50,439 nucleotides of DNA from Crocinitomix sp. (GTDB taxonomy: Bacteria > Bacteroidota > Bacteroidia > Flavobacteriales_D > Crocinitomicaceae): positions 1 to 50,439 of the forward strand of contig DQTE01000318.1 of assembly GCA_015662905.1 (NCBI GenBank), given 5' to 3'. A model generated the notes under the pieces. It did not search any database. It was not told the DNA's origin and saw only the letters and a list, made by a program, of their open reading frames with translations. Positions within the stretch are counted from its first letter, which is position 1. Each line of letters begins with the position of its first letter. Below are positions 17,615 to 27,036 of this stretch, piece after piece. Made by a program: the position numbers and the translations under genes.

Positions 17615-19456
17615 ATGTGTGGAATTGTAGGATATATTGGAAATAAAAAAGCTTACCCTATTTTAATCAAGGGATTGAGCAGATTAGAATATAGAGGTTA
17701 TGACAGTGCTGGTGTAGCACTTTTAAATAAAGACAAATTAACCATTTATAAAAAACAAGGAAAAGTTCAAGACTTAGTTAATTTTATAGGTGATTTTACA
17801 ACTGATGGTCACGTTGGTATTGGTCATACCCGTTGGGCTACTCACGGACTGCCTAACGACATCAACGCTCACCCACACTCTGCTGGCAAAGGTAAAATAG
17901 CATTAGTACACAACGGTATCATAGAGAATTATGCCATTTTAAAAGAAGAGCTAGTTAAAAGAGGTCATAAATTTTATAGCGAAACCGACACAGAAGTATT
18001 AGTTCATTTAATTGAAGATATTAAGGAGAAAAGTGGCGTTTCTTTGCAAGAAGCGGTAAGAATAGCTTTGAATGAAGTTATTGGTGCTTATGCAATTGTT
18101 GTTACCTCAACAGAAGAGCCAGACAAACTAATTTGTGCTAAAAAAAGTAGCCCTCTTGTTATTGGTTTAGGTGAAGATGAGTATTACATTGCATCAGATG
18201 CAACACCAATAGTTGAATACACAAAAAATGTAGTATATCTTGAAGATGAGCAAATAGCCATAATTGACAAAAACCACGGATTAAAAATTGTAAGTATTTC
18301 AAACCAAGAGGTCAATCCTTACATTCAAGAATTAGAAATGCAGTTAGAAACTTTAGAAAAAGGTGGATACGAGTATTTTATGTTAAAAGAAATTTATGAA
18401 CAACCTCAAGCCATTCACGATAGTTTTAGAGGAAGATTAAATGCAAAAGAAGGTTGGATTAAGTTAGGTGGAATAGCAAACTATATTGAGCAAATTGCAA
18501 ATGCCGATAGAATAATTATCATTGCTTGTGGTACATCTTGGCACGCTGGCTTAGTTGCCGAGTACTATTTTGAAGATTTAGCTCGCATTCCAGTTGAGGT
18601 AGAATACGCCTCTGAATTTAGGTACCGAAACCCTATTATTAGAAAAGGTGACGTGGTTATAGCCATTTCTCAATCAGGAGAAACTGCAGATACGTTAGCT
18701 GCCCTAAAGATGGCTAAAGAAAAAGGAGCCATTTTGTTAGGTATTGTTAATGTAGTTGGCTCAACCATATCAAGAATTACTGATGCAGGTTCATACACTC
18801 ACGCAGGTCCAGAAATTGGCGTAGCTTCTACAAAAGCCTTTACCACACAAGTTACTTTATTGGCTATGATGGCTATGATGATTGGCAAGAAAAGAGGCAC
18901 CATAAAAGAGGCTAAATTTCAACGCTTATTAGATGAAATGGAAGCACTTCCGTCTAAAATTGAAAAATTATTAGAAAGTGACGACTATATCAAAGAGATT
19001 TCTAAAGAATATAAAGACTGTACCAATGCCTTATTTTTAGGTAGAGGGTCAGCCTTTCCAATAGCGTTAGAAGGCGCCTTAAAACTTAAAGAAATATCTT
19101 ACATTCACGCTGAAGGTTATCCTGCTGCCGAAATGAAACACGGACCTATTGCTTTGATTGATGAAAATATGCCTGTATTTGTTATTGCAACTAAGGGTGA
19201 TAATTACGAAAAAGTAGTAAGTAATATTCAAGAGGTAAAAGCAAGAAAAGGTAAAGTGATTGCTATTATTACTAAAGGTGATACCGTGGTTAAAGAAATT
19301 GCTGACCACACCATACATATCCCAGATACAGATGAAGTATTAGTTCCAATTTTAGCAACAATACCTCTACAATTGTTATCATACCATATTGCGGTAATGA
19401 GAGGTTGTAATGTTGACCAACCAAGAAACCTTGCAAAATCTGTTACTGTTGAGTAG
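17615..19456 (+). CDS. glmS: Glutamine--fructose-6-phosphate transaminase
   Basis: MCGIVG start, HTRWATHG, SQSGETADT, PRNLAKSVTVE end. Confidence 0.99.
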   Translation: MCGIVGYIGNKKAYPILIKGLSRLEYRGYDSAGVALLNKDKLTIYKKQGKVQDLVNFIGDFTTDGHVGIGHTRWATHGLPNDINAHPHSAGKGKIALVHNGIIENYAILKEELVKRGHKFYSETDTEVLVHLIEDIKEKSGVSLQEAVRIALNEVIGAYAIVVTSTEEPDKLICAKKSSPLVIGLGEDEYYIASDATPIVEYTKNVVYLEDEQIAIIDKNHGLKIVSISNQEVNPYIQELEMQLETLEKGGYEYFMLKEIYEQPQAIHDSFRGRLNAKEGWIKLGGIANYIEQIANADRIIIIACGTSWHAGLVAEYYFEDLARIPVEVEYASEFRYRNPIIRKGDVVIAISQSGETADTLAALKMAKEKGAILLGIVNVVGSTISRITDAGSYTHAGPEIGVASTKAFTTQVTLLAMMAMMIGKKRGTIKEAKFQRLLDEMEALPSKIEKLLESDDYIKEISKEYKDCTNALFLGRGSAFPIALEGALKLKEISYIHAEGYPAAEMKHGPIALIDENMPVFVIATKGDNYEKVVSNIQEVKARKGKVIAIITKGDTVVKEIADHTIHIPDTDEVLVPILATIPLQLLSYHIAVMRGCNVDQPRNLAKSVTVE

Positions 19457-20263
19457 GTGAAAGCACATTTAAACAAATATAACTTGTTAAAGTTTTTATT
19501 TTTATCTTTTTTAATGAGTTTTTTTGTGCTTAGTTGCCACCCTGTTACAGTTAGCAAATACAGAACAGATAATAGCCACTCATTGGTTATAAGTAAAGAT
19601 TTTAAAATAACATCTTTACAAGCTGTTTTTCTAAATTATGGATTCTATCGCGCCCACTCTTTTCAGTCTGGATTTAGAATAAACTATAAAGATATTATCA
19701 TTTACATTGACCCCGTTGCTATTGACCTTCCTATTAAAGCTGATTACATTTTTATTACTCACCCGCACGTGGACCATTTTTCATTAAACGATATTGATAA
19801 AATATATAAAGAATCAACTGTGATTATTGGACCTCAACAATTAGAAAAAAAATTAAAAAACTACCGATTTCAAAGTATTAGCCCAAATAAAAAAATAGAT
19901 TTTAGAAAATTTACCTGCCAAACAATCCCTGCTTACAATTACAAGCATAAATTTTTTGACATTGCACTACATAAAGAAAAAAAGAACTATTTAGGCTATG
20001 TATTAACATTTGATGACATAAAAATTTATCACGCTGGTGATACAGATGACATTGAAGAAATCAAACAACTTAAACACATTACCGTTGCATTAATTCCTAT
20101 AGGTGAAAAAAGAACCGCAATGAATCCTATACAAGCCGCTAAAATTGTAAATCAAATTAAACCTAAATTTGTAGTACCTATACACTACAAACTAAATAAA
20201 GGCAGTGAACAATTATTTAAAGACTGTTTAAATTCGGAAATAACTGTTAAACTTTTACATTAG
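19457..20263 (+). CDS. MBL-fold metallo-hydrolase, probable lipoprotein
   Basis: IDP, THPHVDH, YHAGDT and PIHY motifs; hydrophobic leader ending VLSC. Confidence 0.85.
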   Translation: MKAHLNKYNLLKFLFLSFLMSFFVLSCHPVTVSKYRTDNSHSLVISKDFKITSLQAVFLNYGFYRAHSFQSGFRINYKDIIIYIDPVAIDLPIKADYIFITHPHVDHFSLNDIDKIYKESTVIIGPQQLEKKLKNYRFQSISPNKKIDFRKFTCQTIPAYNYKHKFFDIALHKEKKNYLGYVLTFDDIKIYHAGDTDDIEEIKQLKHITVALIPIGEKRTAMNPIQAAKIVNQIKPKFVVPIHYKLNKGSEQLFKDCLNSEITVKLLH

Positions 20264-20297
20264 TGTCTTATATTTGCAACTACAAAACATACTTTAA

Positions 20298-21338
20298 TTG
20301 ACAACAACATCTCAAAAAAACTTTAACCTTTTTAGTAAAAAAAAGATATATTTTGCCATAAGCATAGGTCTTATCATTAGTGGATATCTTTTATATTCTG
20401 AGGTAAAAGAATCAGGCATACATCAAATTATTGACCAAATACATTGGTCTTTGGCTTCTACTCTTTTTATACTTTTAGCTATTTTAATGATGATGACCCG
20501 CGATTTTGCTTATATGATAAGATTAAGGGTAATTACCGAAAAACAATTGAGCTGGAAACAAGCACTAAAAGTAATTTTAATGTGGGAATTTGCATCAACG
20601 GTTTCCCCTGGTGTAGTTGGTGGCTCTGCTGTGGCAATGTTTATTTTAAACAAAGAAAAAATCCCATTGGGTAAATCAACGGCTTTAGTTATTACAACTG
20701 CATTATTTGATAACATTTTTTATTTACTCTACATTCCTCTTATTATAATGATTGTTGGCTCAAATAACCTATTGCCTACACAGTTAGAAAATTTCGGTTT
20801 AGGATTATTTTGGATGGGGTATAGCATTATATTTACTATAGCCTCTGTACTTTCTATTAGTTTATTTATTTATCCTCAACTAATTAAAAATATTTTAATG
20901 CTGCTATTTAAACTGCCTATTATAAATAAATTCAAAGCAAAAGCAAACAAAATTACTGATGATATTATAACGGCTTCAAAAGAGTTAAAAGGTAAATCTT
21001 TTTTGTTTTGGATTAAAATCTTTTTAAGCACAACACTCAGTTGGACAGCTCGTTTTTTAGTGGTTAACTCTATACTAATGGCTTTTATTAACTTGAACTT
21101 TGCTGACAATGTTTTAGTTTTAGGCAGACAACTTGTAATGTGGTTAGTGTTACTGATTAGTCCTACCCCTGGTGGAAGTGGTATGGCTGAATACCTGTTT
21201 AACACTTTTTTGGGAGACTTTTTACCTTTAAGTGCATTGGCTATTTTACTGGCTATTATATGGAGGCTTATCTCTTATTACCCTTATTTAATAATAGGGC
21301 TAATTATTTTACCTAAATGGTTAAAACCAGATAAATAA
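20298..21338 (+). CDS. Lysylphosphatidylglycerol-synthase-TM (UPF0104) flippase-like membrane protein
   Basis: SPGVVGG, SPTPGGSGMAE and WRLISYY motifs; multi-TM; -7 box TATATTTG at 20269-20276. Confidence 0.88.
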   Translation: MTTTSQKNFNLFSKKKIYFAISIGLIISGYLLYSEVKESGIHQIIDQIHWSLASTLFILLAILMMMTRDFAYMIRLRVITEKQLSWKQALKVILMWEFASTVSPGVVGGSAVAMFILNKEKIPLGKSTALVITTALFDNIFYLLYIPLIIMIVGSNNLLPTQLENFGLGLFWMGYSIIFTIASVLSISLFIYPQLIKNILMLLFKLPIINKFKAKANKITDDIITASKELKGKSFLFWIKIFLSTTLSWTARFLVVNSILMAFINLNFADNVLVLGRQLVMWLVLLISPTPGGSGMAEYLFNTFLGDFLPLSALAILLAIIWRLISYYPYLIIGLIILPKWLKPDK

Positions 21339-21417
21339 CCTTTTTTGAAACTAACATCTTTGTTCCCTCTCTCTTTAAATTATGACAATTTTGAAGTTAA
21401 GTGTTTTTCAGTAAACC

Positions 21418-22521
21418 CTATTTAATTTGCTTAAACAAATTGTAATGTTTTTGTGCAACAGCTTGCCAAGTAAAATTATCTTTCACTTTTTGATAAGACA
21501 CTTTTCCTAATTTTTGTTTATGACTGTTCGACAAGTTACTAAATTTTAAAATAGCATCCATTAATTGTTTTGGCTGATTCCTTTCAATTAAAAACCCATT
21601 AGATTCATCTACTAATTCTGCAGTAGCACCAACATCAGTCACAATAATTGGTAGCTGGTTAGACATTGCTTCTAGCACCACAGTTGGCATTCCTTCAAAT
21701 AAAGTAGGAAAAACAAATACATCAACAGTTTGATAAAGTTGCTTTAAGTCCTCATCAGAAATAAACCCCCAATACTTAACATTACTGTAGGCGTATTGGG
21801 TAGAATACTTTTTAAAAAGAGGACCTTTACCCGCTAAATGAAAAAAAAAGTTTTTTGAGTATCCTTTTGCGTTTAATTGATTGATGACATCCATTAAAAT
21901 ATGAATTCCTTTGTTTTTGGCAAATCTTGAAACAAATAAAAATTGTAAGATTTGAGTGTTGTTCCGGTTGTCATCTAAATGAATTGGCAAATTAGTTGCA
22001 TTGGGTAACAAAACAATTTTATGTTTTGCGGTGTATTTTGTTAAGATTTCTGTCAATTTACCGCCCAAAGACACTACATATTTAGCCTCTTTAAAAATTG
22101 AATTAAATACTTTTTTAAACGCAATACTAACTAATTTTTCTTTTATCCCAATAGCTTGATAAGGCTCTAAACCGTGAGGATTAACAATCAATTTATCTTT
22201 AAACACTTTAGCTTTATACCAAACCGATAAACCTTGAGAATAAATGACATCAAAATTGTTATTAATGAGTTGTTGGTAAATGCGTTTTGAATACGCTTTA
22301 CACTCTTTTAAATAGTTTTTATTAACGTCTATTTCTTCAACACTAACTTCTTTTAAATTTGAATAAGTATCAAAAACTTTTTGAGAATGTGGGTGAAATA
22401 CAGTTATTTCTAAATCTTTATACTTAACCAAAGCTTCAACAAGCAATTTAGAATGCCTTTGCATTCCCCCTACCTTGTGAGGAAAAATGCCATCTGTACA
22501 AAAAGCTATTTTAATAGACAT
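21418..22521 (-). CDS. Glycosyltransferase family 4
   Basis: GGMQRH, RFAKNKG, EGMPTVVLEAM (Ex7E). Confidence 0.9.
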   Translation of the reverse strand: MSIKIAFCTDGIFPHKVGGMQRHSKLLVEALVKYKDLEITVFHPHSQKVFDTYSNLKEVSVEEIDVNKNYLKECKAYSKRIYQQLINNNFDVIYSQGLSVWYKAKVFKDKLIVNPHGLEPYQAIGIKEKLVSIAFKKVFNSIFKEAKYVVSLGGKLTEILTKYTAKHKIVLLPNATNLPIHLDDNRNNTQILQFLFVSRFAKNKGIHILMDVINQLNAKGYSKNFFFHLAGKGPLFKKYSTQYAYSNVKYWGFISDEDLKQLYQTVDVFVFPTLFEGMPTVVLEAMSNQLPIIVTDVGATAELVDESNGFLIERNQPKQLMDAILKFSNLSNSHKQKLGKVSYQKVKDNFTWQAVAQKHYNLFKQIK

Positions 22522-23440
22522 TTGAAAAATCTATTAATGTTTTTACTCCATCATCAATACTCCAAGTCGGATTCCACCCCAGTTTTTTAAGTTTAGACAC
22601 ATCAGCCAACAAGTGCATACGGTCAGATTTTCTCATCCTGTCAGGGTTTTGTTCAATAGTAATTTTTTCACCTAATTGACGCTCAAATGCTTCAACTATT
22701 TCTTTTACTGAATATTCAATTCCTCTACCTAAATTATAGATTTCTACACCTTTTATCGGTATATCAATAAGTAACCTCAATGCCTTAGCCATATCATAGG
22801 TGTGTATAAAATCTCTTTTAGGTTCAAGGTTTCCTAGCTGTATTGTTCTTTTGCCTTCATTAATTTGCAATTGAATTTCCGGAATTAAATGAGGGTTGGT
22901 TTCATTTGGTCCAAAAGCATTAAAAAATCTACAAATAATGGTAGGTGTGTTTGTTTTTAAATAGAACTCATTACATAAGTGCTCTCCTGAAAGTTTAGAT
23001 AAGCCATAAATATCTAACGGTCCTGTTGGATGATTTTCAGAAACGGCTACGTTAGAAATAGGATACACAGCTGCCGTTGATGCAAATATAATTTTTTCTA
23101 CCCCAACATCTTCACAAGCGTTTAAAACATTTATTGTCCCACTAATGTTAATATCAGCAGACTCATACGGGTGCTCATTACAGTAAGGTATAAAATGAAC
23201 AGCTGCAAGATGTAAAACTATATGAGGTTTTACGGTTTTAAAAATTGATTTTATAGCATTGCTATTTCTGACATCTTCCTTAAAAAAATGTTGATTATCA
23301 ATAACATCAGATATAAATTTTTTATTGCCAAAAGATAAATTATCTATTACAAAAATTTCATATTCTGAATTAAAATTTGAAATAAATGCAGAACCTATAA
23401 ATCCTGCACCTCCAGTTATTACTAATTTCTTTTTTGACAT
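22511..23440 (-). CDS. NAD-dependent epimerase/dehydratase
   Basis: TGGAGFIG, HLAA, YGLSK, RDFIH. ATG 23440 preferred because the TTG at 23464 lies in the -7 box. Confidence 0.92.
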   Translation of the reverse strand: MSKKKLVITGGAGFIGSAFISNFNSEYEIFVIDNLSFGNKKFISDVIDNQHFFKEDVRNSNAIKSIFKTVKPHIVLHLAAVHFIPYCNEHPYESADINISGTINVLNACEDVGVEKIIFASTAAVYPISNVAVSENHPTGPLDIYGLSKLSGEHLCNEFYLKTNTPTIICRFFNAFGPNETNPHLIPEIQLQINEGKRTIQLGNLEPKRDFIHTYDMAKALRLLIDIPIKGVEIYNLGRGIEYSVKEIVEAFERQLGEKITIEQNPDRMRKSDRMHLLADVSKLKKLGWNPTWSIDDGVKTLIDFSNVY

Positions 23441-23526
23441 TACGTTTTGTTTCCTATTACGCAAAAATAGTATGTAAACTTTATTTTATCTAATAATTTA
23501 CACCTTATTTTTAATCCTAAAATTAC

Positions 23527-23560
23527 AAAAAGCCATCAGCGTAAGTAACTGATAGCTTTT
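23527..23560 (-). terminator. Intrinsic terminator after tonB
   Basis: Minus strand AAAAGCTATCAG-N9-CTGATGGCTTTTT. Confidence 0.7.
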
Positions 23561-23584
23561 AGAGTGTTTAACCTTGTTAATATT

Positions 23585-24265
23585 TCAATGTCTAAAACGG
23601 ATTGGAATCTCGTATTGTACCCTAACCGTTTTACCTGCTTGTTTACCCGGTTTCCATTTAGGCATTTTAGATACTACTTTTGCAGCGGCACTATCGTAAT
23701 CTTTATGAATACCTTTTAGCACTTGTACATTTGTTATTGTACCGTCTTTGTCAACAATAAACCTAACATATACTAACCCTGACATAGCCAAAGCATATTC
23801 TGGAATTTCAATATTATTGGTAATAAACTTGTACATTTCGGCATCTCCACCTGGAAACTCAGGCCATTCTTCAACCACAACATAAGGTTCATCTGATATT
23901 GGCAATCCCGGTAAATTATCACCCCCCCCTTGTTCGTCAATAACGTCAATTTCATCAATGATTTCATTAACAATTTTAGGCGTTTGCTCATTAACAACCT
24001 TTTTAACCTCTATTACTTCATCAACAATAGGAATTTTTGGTTGCTTTTGTTTTTGTTGGGGTAACTTAAACACAATCTCTGTTGGTATTTCAGGAAATTC
24101 ACAATGAATTACATCATCTACACTTTGTTTTTTTATGGTTTTAAAATACGGATTAGCGTAAGAAAATGCAGTAAGAACTAGCCCTCCTGCAATTACTAAT
24201 CCAATTTGAAAAAAGGCAAATCGTTTATTCTCTAAATTTGCCTTAGGATTTTTTTTTGCGATCAT
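23585..24265 (-). CDS. tonB: Energy transducer TonB
   Basis: KKNPKANLE..R..FFQIGL TM anchor; PEFPGG, GLVYVRFIVDKDG and MPKWKPGKQ C-domain. ATG at 24265. Confidence 0.9.
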   Translation of the reverse strand: MIAKKNPKANLENKRFAFFQIGLVIAGGLVLTAFSYANPYFKTIKKQSVDDVIHCEFPEIPTEIVFKLPQQKQKQPKIPIVDEVIEVKKVVNEQTPKIVNEIIDEIDVIDEQGGGDNLPGLPISDEPYVVVEEWPEFPGGDAEMYKFITNNIEIPEYALAMSGLVYVRFIVDKDGTITNVQVLKGIHKDYDSAAAKVVSKMPKWKPGKQAGKTVRVQYEIPIRFRH

Positions 24266-24300
24266 AATAGTTTGGTTATGGTTAAACACAAACAGAGAAT

Positions 24301-24316
24301 TGCAACTCTTATGCCT
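24301..24316 (-). promoter_or_regulatory. Sigma54-type -24/-12 promoter upstream of tonB
   Basis: Minus strand AGGCATAAGAGTTGCA = GG-N10-GC, 35 nt before the ATG. Confidence 0.55.
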
Positions 24317-24406
24317 AAAAATGTTAATATTGATAAAGTGTAGAAATGGTTGAGTAATCTGTTTTGAACGGTTATTTGACATACATTTGTGATAAACAAA
24401 TTTATT

Positions 24407-24550
24407 ATGGAAGAGCAGTTAAGTAAAAATGAACGTATTGAATTAAGGGTTTCATCTGCTGACAAAATAATTTTCAAAAGAGCTCAAAAACTTAGTAGGG
24501 ACAGGTCTTTTAGTAGTTTTATAGTTCGAAGTGTTTTTTTTGGGGGGTAG
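24407..24550 (+). pseudogene. Truncated DUF1778/TacA-like ribbon-helix-helix antitoxin (47 aa, not in the ORF track)
   Basis: Hand translation: MEEQLSKNERIELRVSSADKIIFKRAQKLSRDRSFSSFIVRSVFFGG*. -7 box TACATTTG at 24382-24389. Confidence 0.75.
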
Positions 24551-24571
24551 TAAATCTTAGTTGCTTGTTAA

Positions 24572-25750
24572 CTACATTACCTCACTGTTATATTTTTGTT
24601 TAAAGTACAACCATTTGTAATAGTCTAACAGATAAACTCCGTAAAAGTAAAATCTTATAATTTTGTCGTAGGTGTAGCCGTATTTTGACATTTTCATTGC
24701 GCCTTCTTGACATAACCCTACGCCGTGTCCAAAACCGTGTCCTTTAAGCACTACTTCATTCCCTTCTAAATATACATCAAACCAAGTTGATTTTAATTTA
24801 AAATGTGTTCTTAAATCTCTTAACGGAATACCCAATTGTGGAATTTGATAAAATGCTTTTCTTTGTTTTTGTGAAAAAGAGTAAAGTAATGCCCCCCATA
24901 TTGAATCCTTTACAGGGTAACCAAAATGATTAACCAAATAGTTTTCCCATTCTGTCTTTTTTATTTTTTTTGTCCAATGCGCTTGTTTGGTGTGGACACA
25001 AAATGTATCCCTTACACTTCTGCAATAAGGAATTGGATTGTTCCATACAAAATCAGATTCAGAAGTTTGCCCACCGCAGTTAGCAAAGAAAAAACCATTG
25101 GCTAATTTAAAATTTTGGTCAACCATTACTATGTGTTTCGTTTCTAAAACTGCTTTTTGTATGGTTGGCGTATAAGTTAACATTTTATGATAGGCCTGAC
25201 AATGTACTCTATCACACAAACTAAACCCTTCTTTTATATGCTTTTTTAAATGCCCCAATGCGTAAGTTCTACTTAAAACGGCTTGTACTTTATAATATTC
25301 AATATGTCGCCCACCACCACCTTCCGATTCTATAACGCCAGCTAAATAGTTTGGCATTTCAACTTCATTAATAATTTTAATACCTTTGAGTTCATCAGTG
25401 GTTAGTAAGAGGTTGTTTTTATATTTTCGCTCTTTTATTTTATAGGGTTTTAAACCTTGTATTCTAAACGAATGATTGGGCAAGGTTTCTTGTATTCTAA
25501 TGGTGTCAAAATAGCCTAAATTTCTTACCCCTTGAATTAAGTTTAATTTATCCCCCACCCTTTTAATTTGAACAGACTCTGTTGGTAAAATTGTGTGTTT
25601 TTTTAAAGAATCTCCATACACATTATAGGAACCTTTGTGGTAAGACACTAATACGTCAGTAATATTATAGGCACGTAGCACACCTATTTTTAATTGTTGC
25701 GCCAAAGCTTGATTAAGTGTGAAAATCAGTATTAAAACATATTTACGCAT
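24572..25750 (-). CDS. SpoIID/LytB-domain lytic transglycosylase
   Basis: YLAGVIESE, KVQAVLSRTY, CDRVHCQAY and GHGFGHGVGLCQEGA motifs; signal peptide. Confidence 0.92.
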   Translation of the reverse strand: MRKYVLILIFTLNQALAQQLKIGVLRAYNITDVLVSYHKGSYNVYGDSLKKHTILPTESVQIKRVGDKLNLIQGVRNLGYFDTIRIQETLPNHSFRIQGLKPYKIKERKYKNNLLLTTDELKGIKIINEVEMPNYLAGVIESEGGGGRHIEYYKVQAVLSRTYALGHLKKHIKEGFSLCDRVHCQAYHKMLTYTPTIQKAVLETKHIVMVDQNFKLANGFFFANCGGQTSESDFVWNNPIPYCRSVRDTFCVHTKQAHWTKKIKKTEWENYLVNHFGYPVKDSIWGALLYSFSQKQRKAFYQIPQLGIPLRDLRTHFKLKSTWFDVYLEGNEVVLKGHGFGHGVGLCQEGAMKMSKYGYTYDKIIRFYFYGVYLLDYYKWLYFKQKYNSEVM

Positions 25751-26873
25751 TATTAGTTATGTCTTTTATCAATAAGTTTGCTACCTTTTGAGATGCACCA
25801 CCTCCACCTAATTTTTGAATCAATTGATGATATTGATTTATCATTTCCAATCGTCCATTTGATTGATGATTTTCAATTTTTTTGAGCTCTTCAACTATAT
25901 TTTTTACTATTAAATCTCCTTGAATTAATTCAGTAACAACCTCCTTATCCATTATCAGATTAACTAATGAAATGTAATCAATTTTTACTAATCTTTTAGC
26001 TATGTGATAAGAAATAGCACTCGCTTTGTAACACACTACTTGAGGCACTTTAAACAAAGCTGTTTCTAGGGTTGCTGTGCCTGAGGTTACAATTGCCAAA
26101 TCTGAATGATTCAACAAATCATACGTTTGATTTTCCAGTACAATGACATTAGTGTTATTTATAAATGGTTTGTAAAAGGTTTCAGTTTTATTAGGCGCAC
26201 CGGCAATTACAATTTGATGATTAGGAAAAGACGCAGATGCTTTAATCATTAAAGGTAATTTAACTTTTATTTCTTGATTTCTACTGCCGGGTAAAATGGC
26301 TAAAATTGGCTTGTCTCTAAGGTTATTTTTTTGTAAAAATTCATTTTTTGAAAGGGCTATTCTTTTAAAATTATTAATGGCATCAACGAGTGGATGTCCT
26401 ACATAGTGAACATCAACATTAAATTTTTTATAGAACTCTTTTTCAAAAGGTAAAATGCAATACATTTCATTGACTACCCTTTTAATTTTGTGCACTCTAT
26501 TTTGCTTCCATGCCCATATTTGAGGTGAAATATAATAATGAATTCTTATGTTGTTTTGATGAGCAAATTCAGCTATTCTCAGATTGAATCCGGGATAATC
26601 AATTAGAATGAGTGCATCTGGTTGATAATTTAAAAGGTCTTGCTTGCAGAATTTTATATTTTTAGCAATGGTTCTTATATTCATTACCACCTCAATAAAC
26701 CCCATAAAAGCCAAGTGTTTAATGTGTTTAACTAAGCCGTTGGTAACATTTTGCATTTGGTCGCCACCCCAAAAACGAAATTCAGCTTCATTGTCTTTTT
26801 CAATGATGGCTTTCATTAAATTTGAGCCGTGCAAATCTCCTGAGGCTTCTCCTGCAATAATATAATACTTCAA
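25743..26873 (-). CDS. lpxB: Lipid-A-disaccharide synthase
   Basis: AGEASGDLHG, IDYPGFN, SPQIWAW, LPGSR, SGTATLE; TTG start. Confidence 0.97.
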   Translation of the reverse strand: MKYYIIAGEASGDLHGSNLMKAIIEKDNEAEFRFWGGDQMQNVTNGLVKHIKHLAFMGFIEVVMNIRTIAKNIKFCKQDLLNYQPDALILIDYPGFNLRIAEFAHQNNIRIHYYISPQIWAWKQNRVHKIKRVVNEMYCILPFEKEFYKKFNVDVHYVGHPLVDAINNFKRIALSKNEFLQKNNLRDKPILAILPGSRNQEIKVKLPLMIKASASFPNHQIVIAGAPNKTETFYKPFINNTNVIVLENQTYDLLNHSDLAIVTSGTATLETALFKVPQVVCYKASAISYHIAKRLVKIDYISLVNLIMDKEVVTELIQGDLIVKNIVEELKKIENHQSNGRLEMINQYHQLIQKLGGGGASQKVANLLIKDITNNA

Positions 26874-27036
26874 TGCTTAGGTTTTTATATTAAACATACA
26901 AAGTTACAATTATTTACAAGTCAAATTTGATGTAGTTATAACTTGTTTTAACAAAGAGCTGTGAATACTCTTTTAATTTTACATTATTGTTGTACATTTT
27001 AAATATTAATTTTGGTAAATTAAAGGTATTTTTACA

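Noticed and set aside
17605-17620. glmS ribozyme
   Set aside because: Only 2 nt separate DUF4270 and glmS.
19450-19465. Stop-codon readthrough fusions where a stop is followed in frame by a start (19456/19457, 41227/41228, 10779/10778)
   Set aside because: The upstream proteins appear complete (GlmS ends at its canonical KSVTVE) and the downstream ones have their own N-termini or signal peptides. Translational coupling is sufficient.
24262-24477. 71-aa minus-strand ORF and the 39-codon N-terminal extension of tonB
   Set aside because: Both run over the sigma54-like site. The 71-aa ORF is also antisense to the DUF1778 fragment, which has much better motif support.
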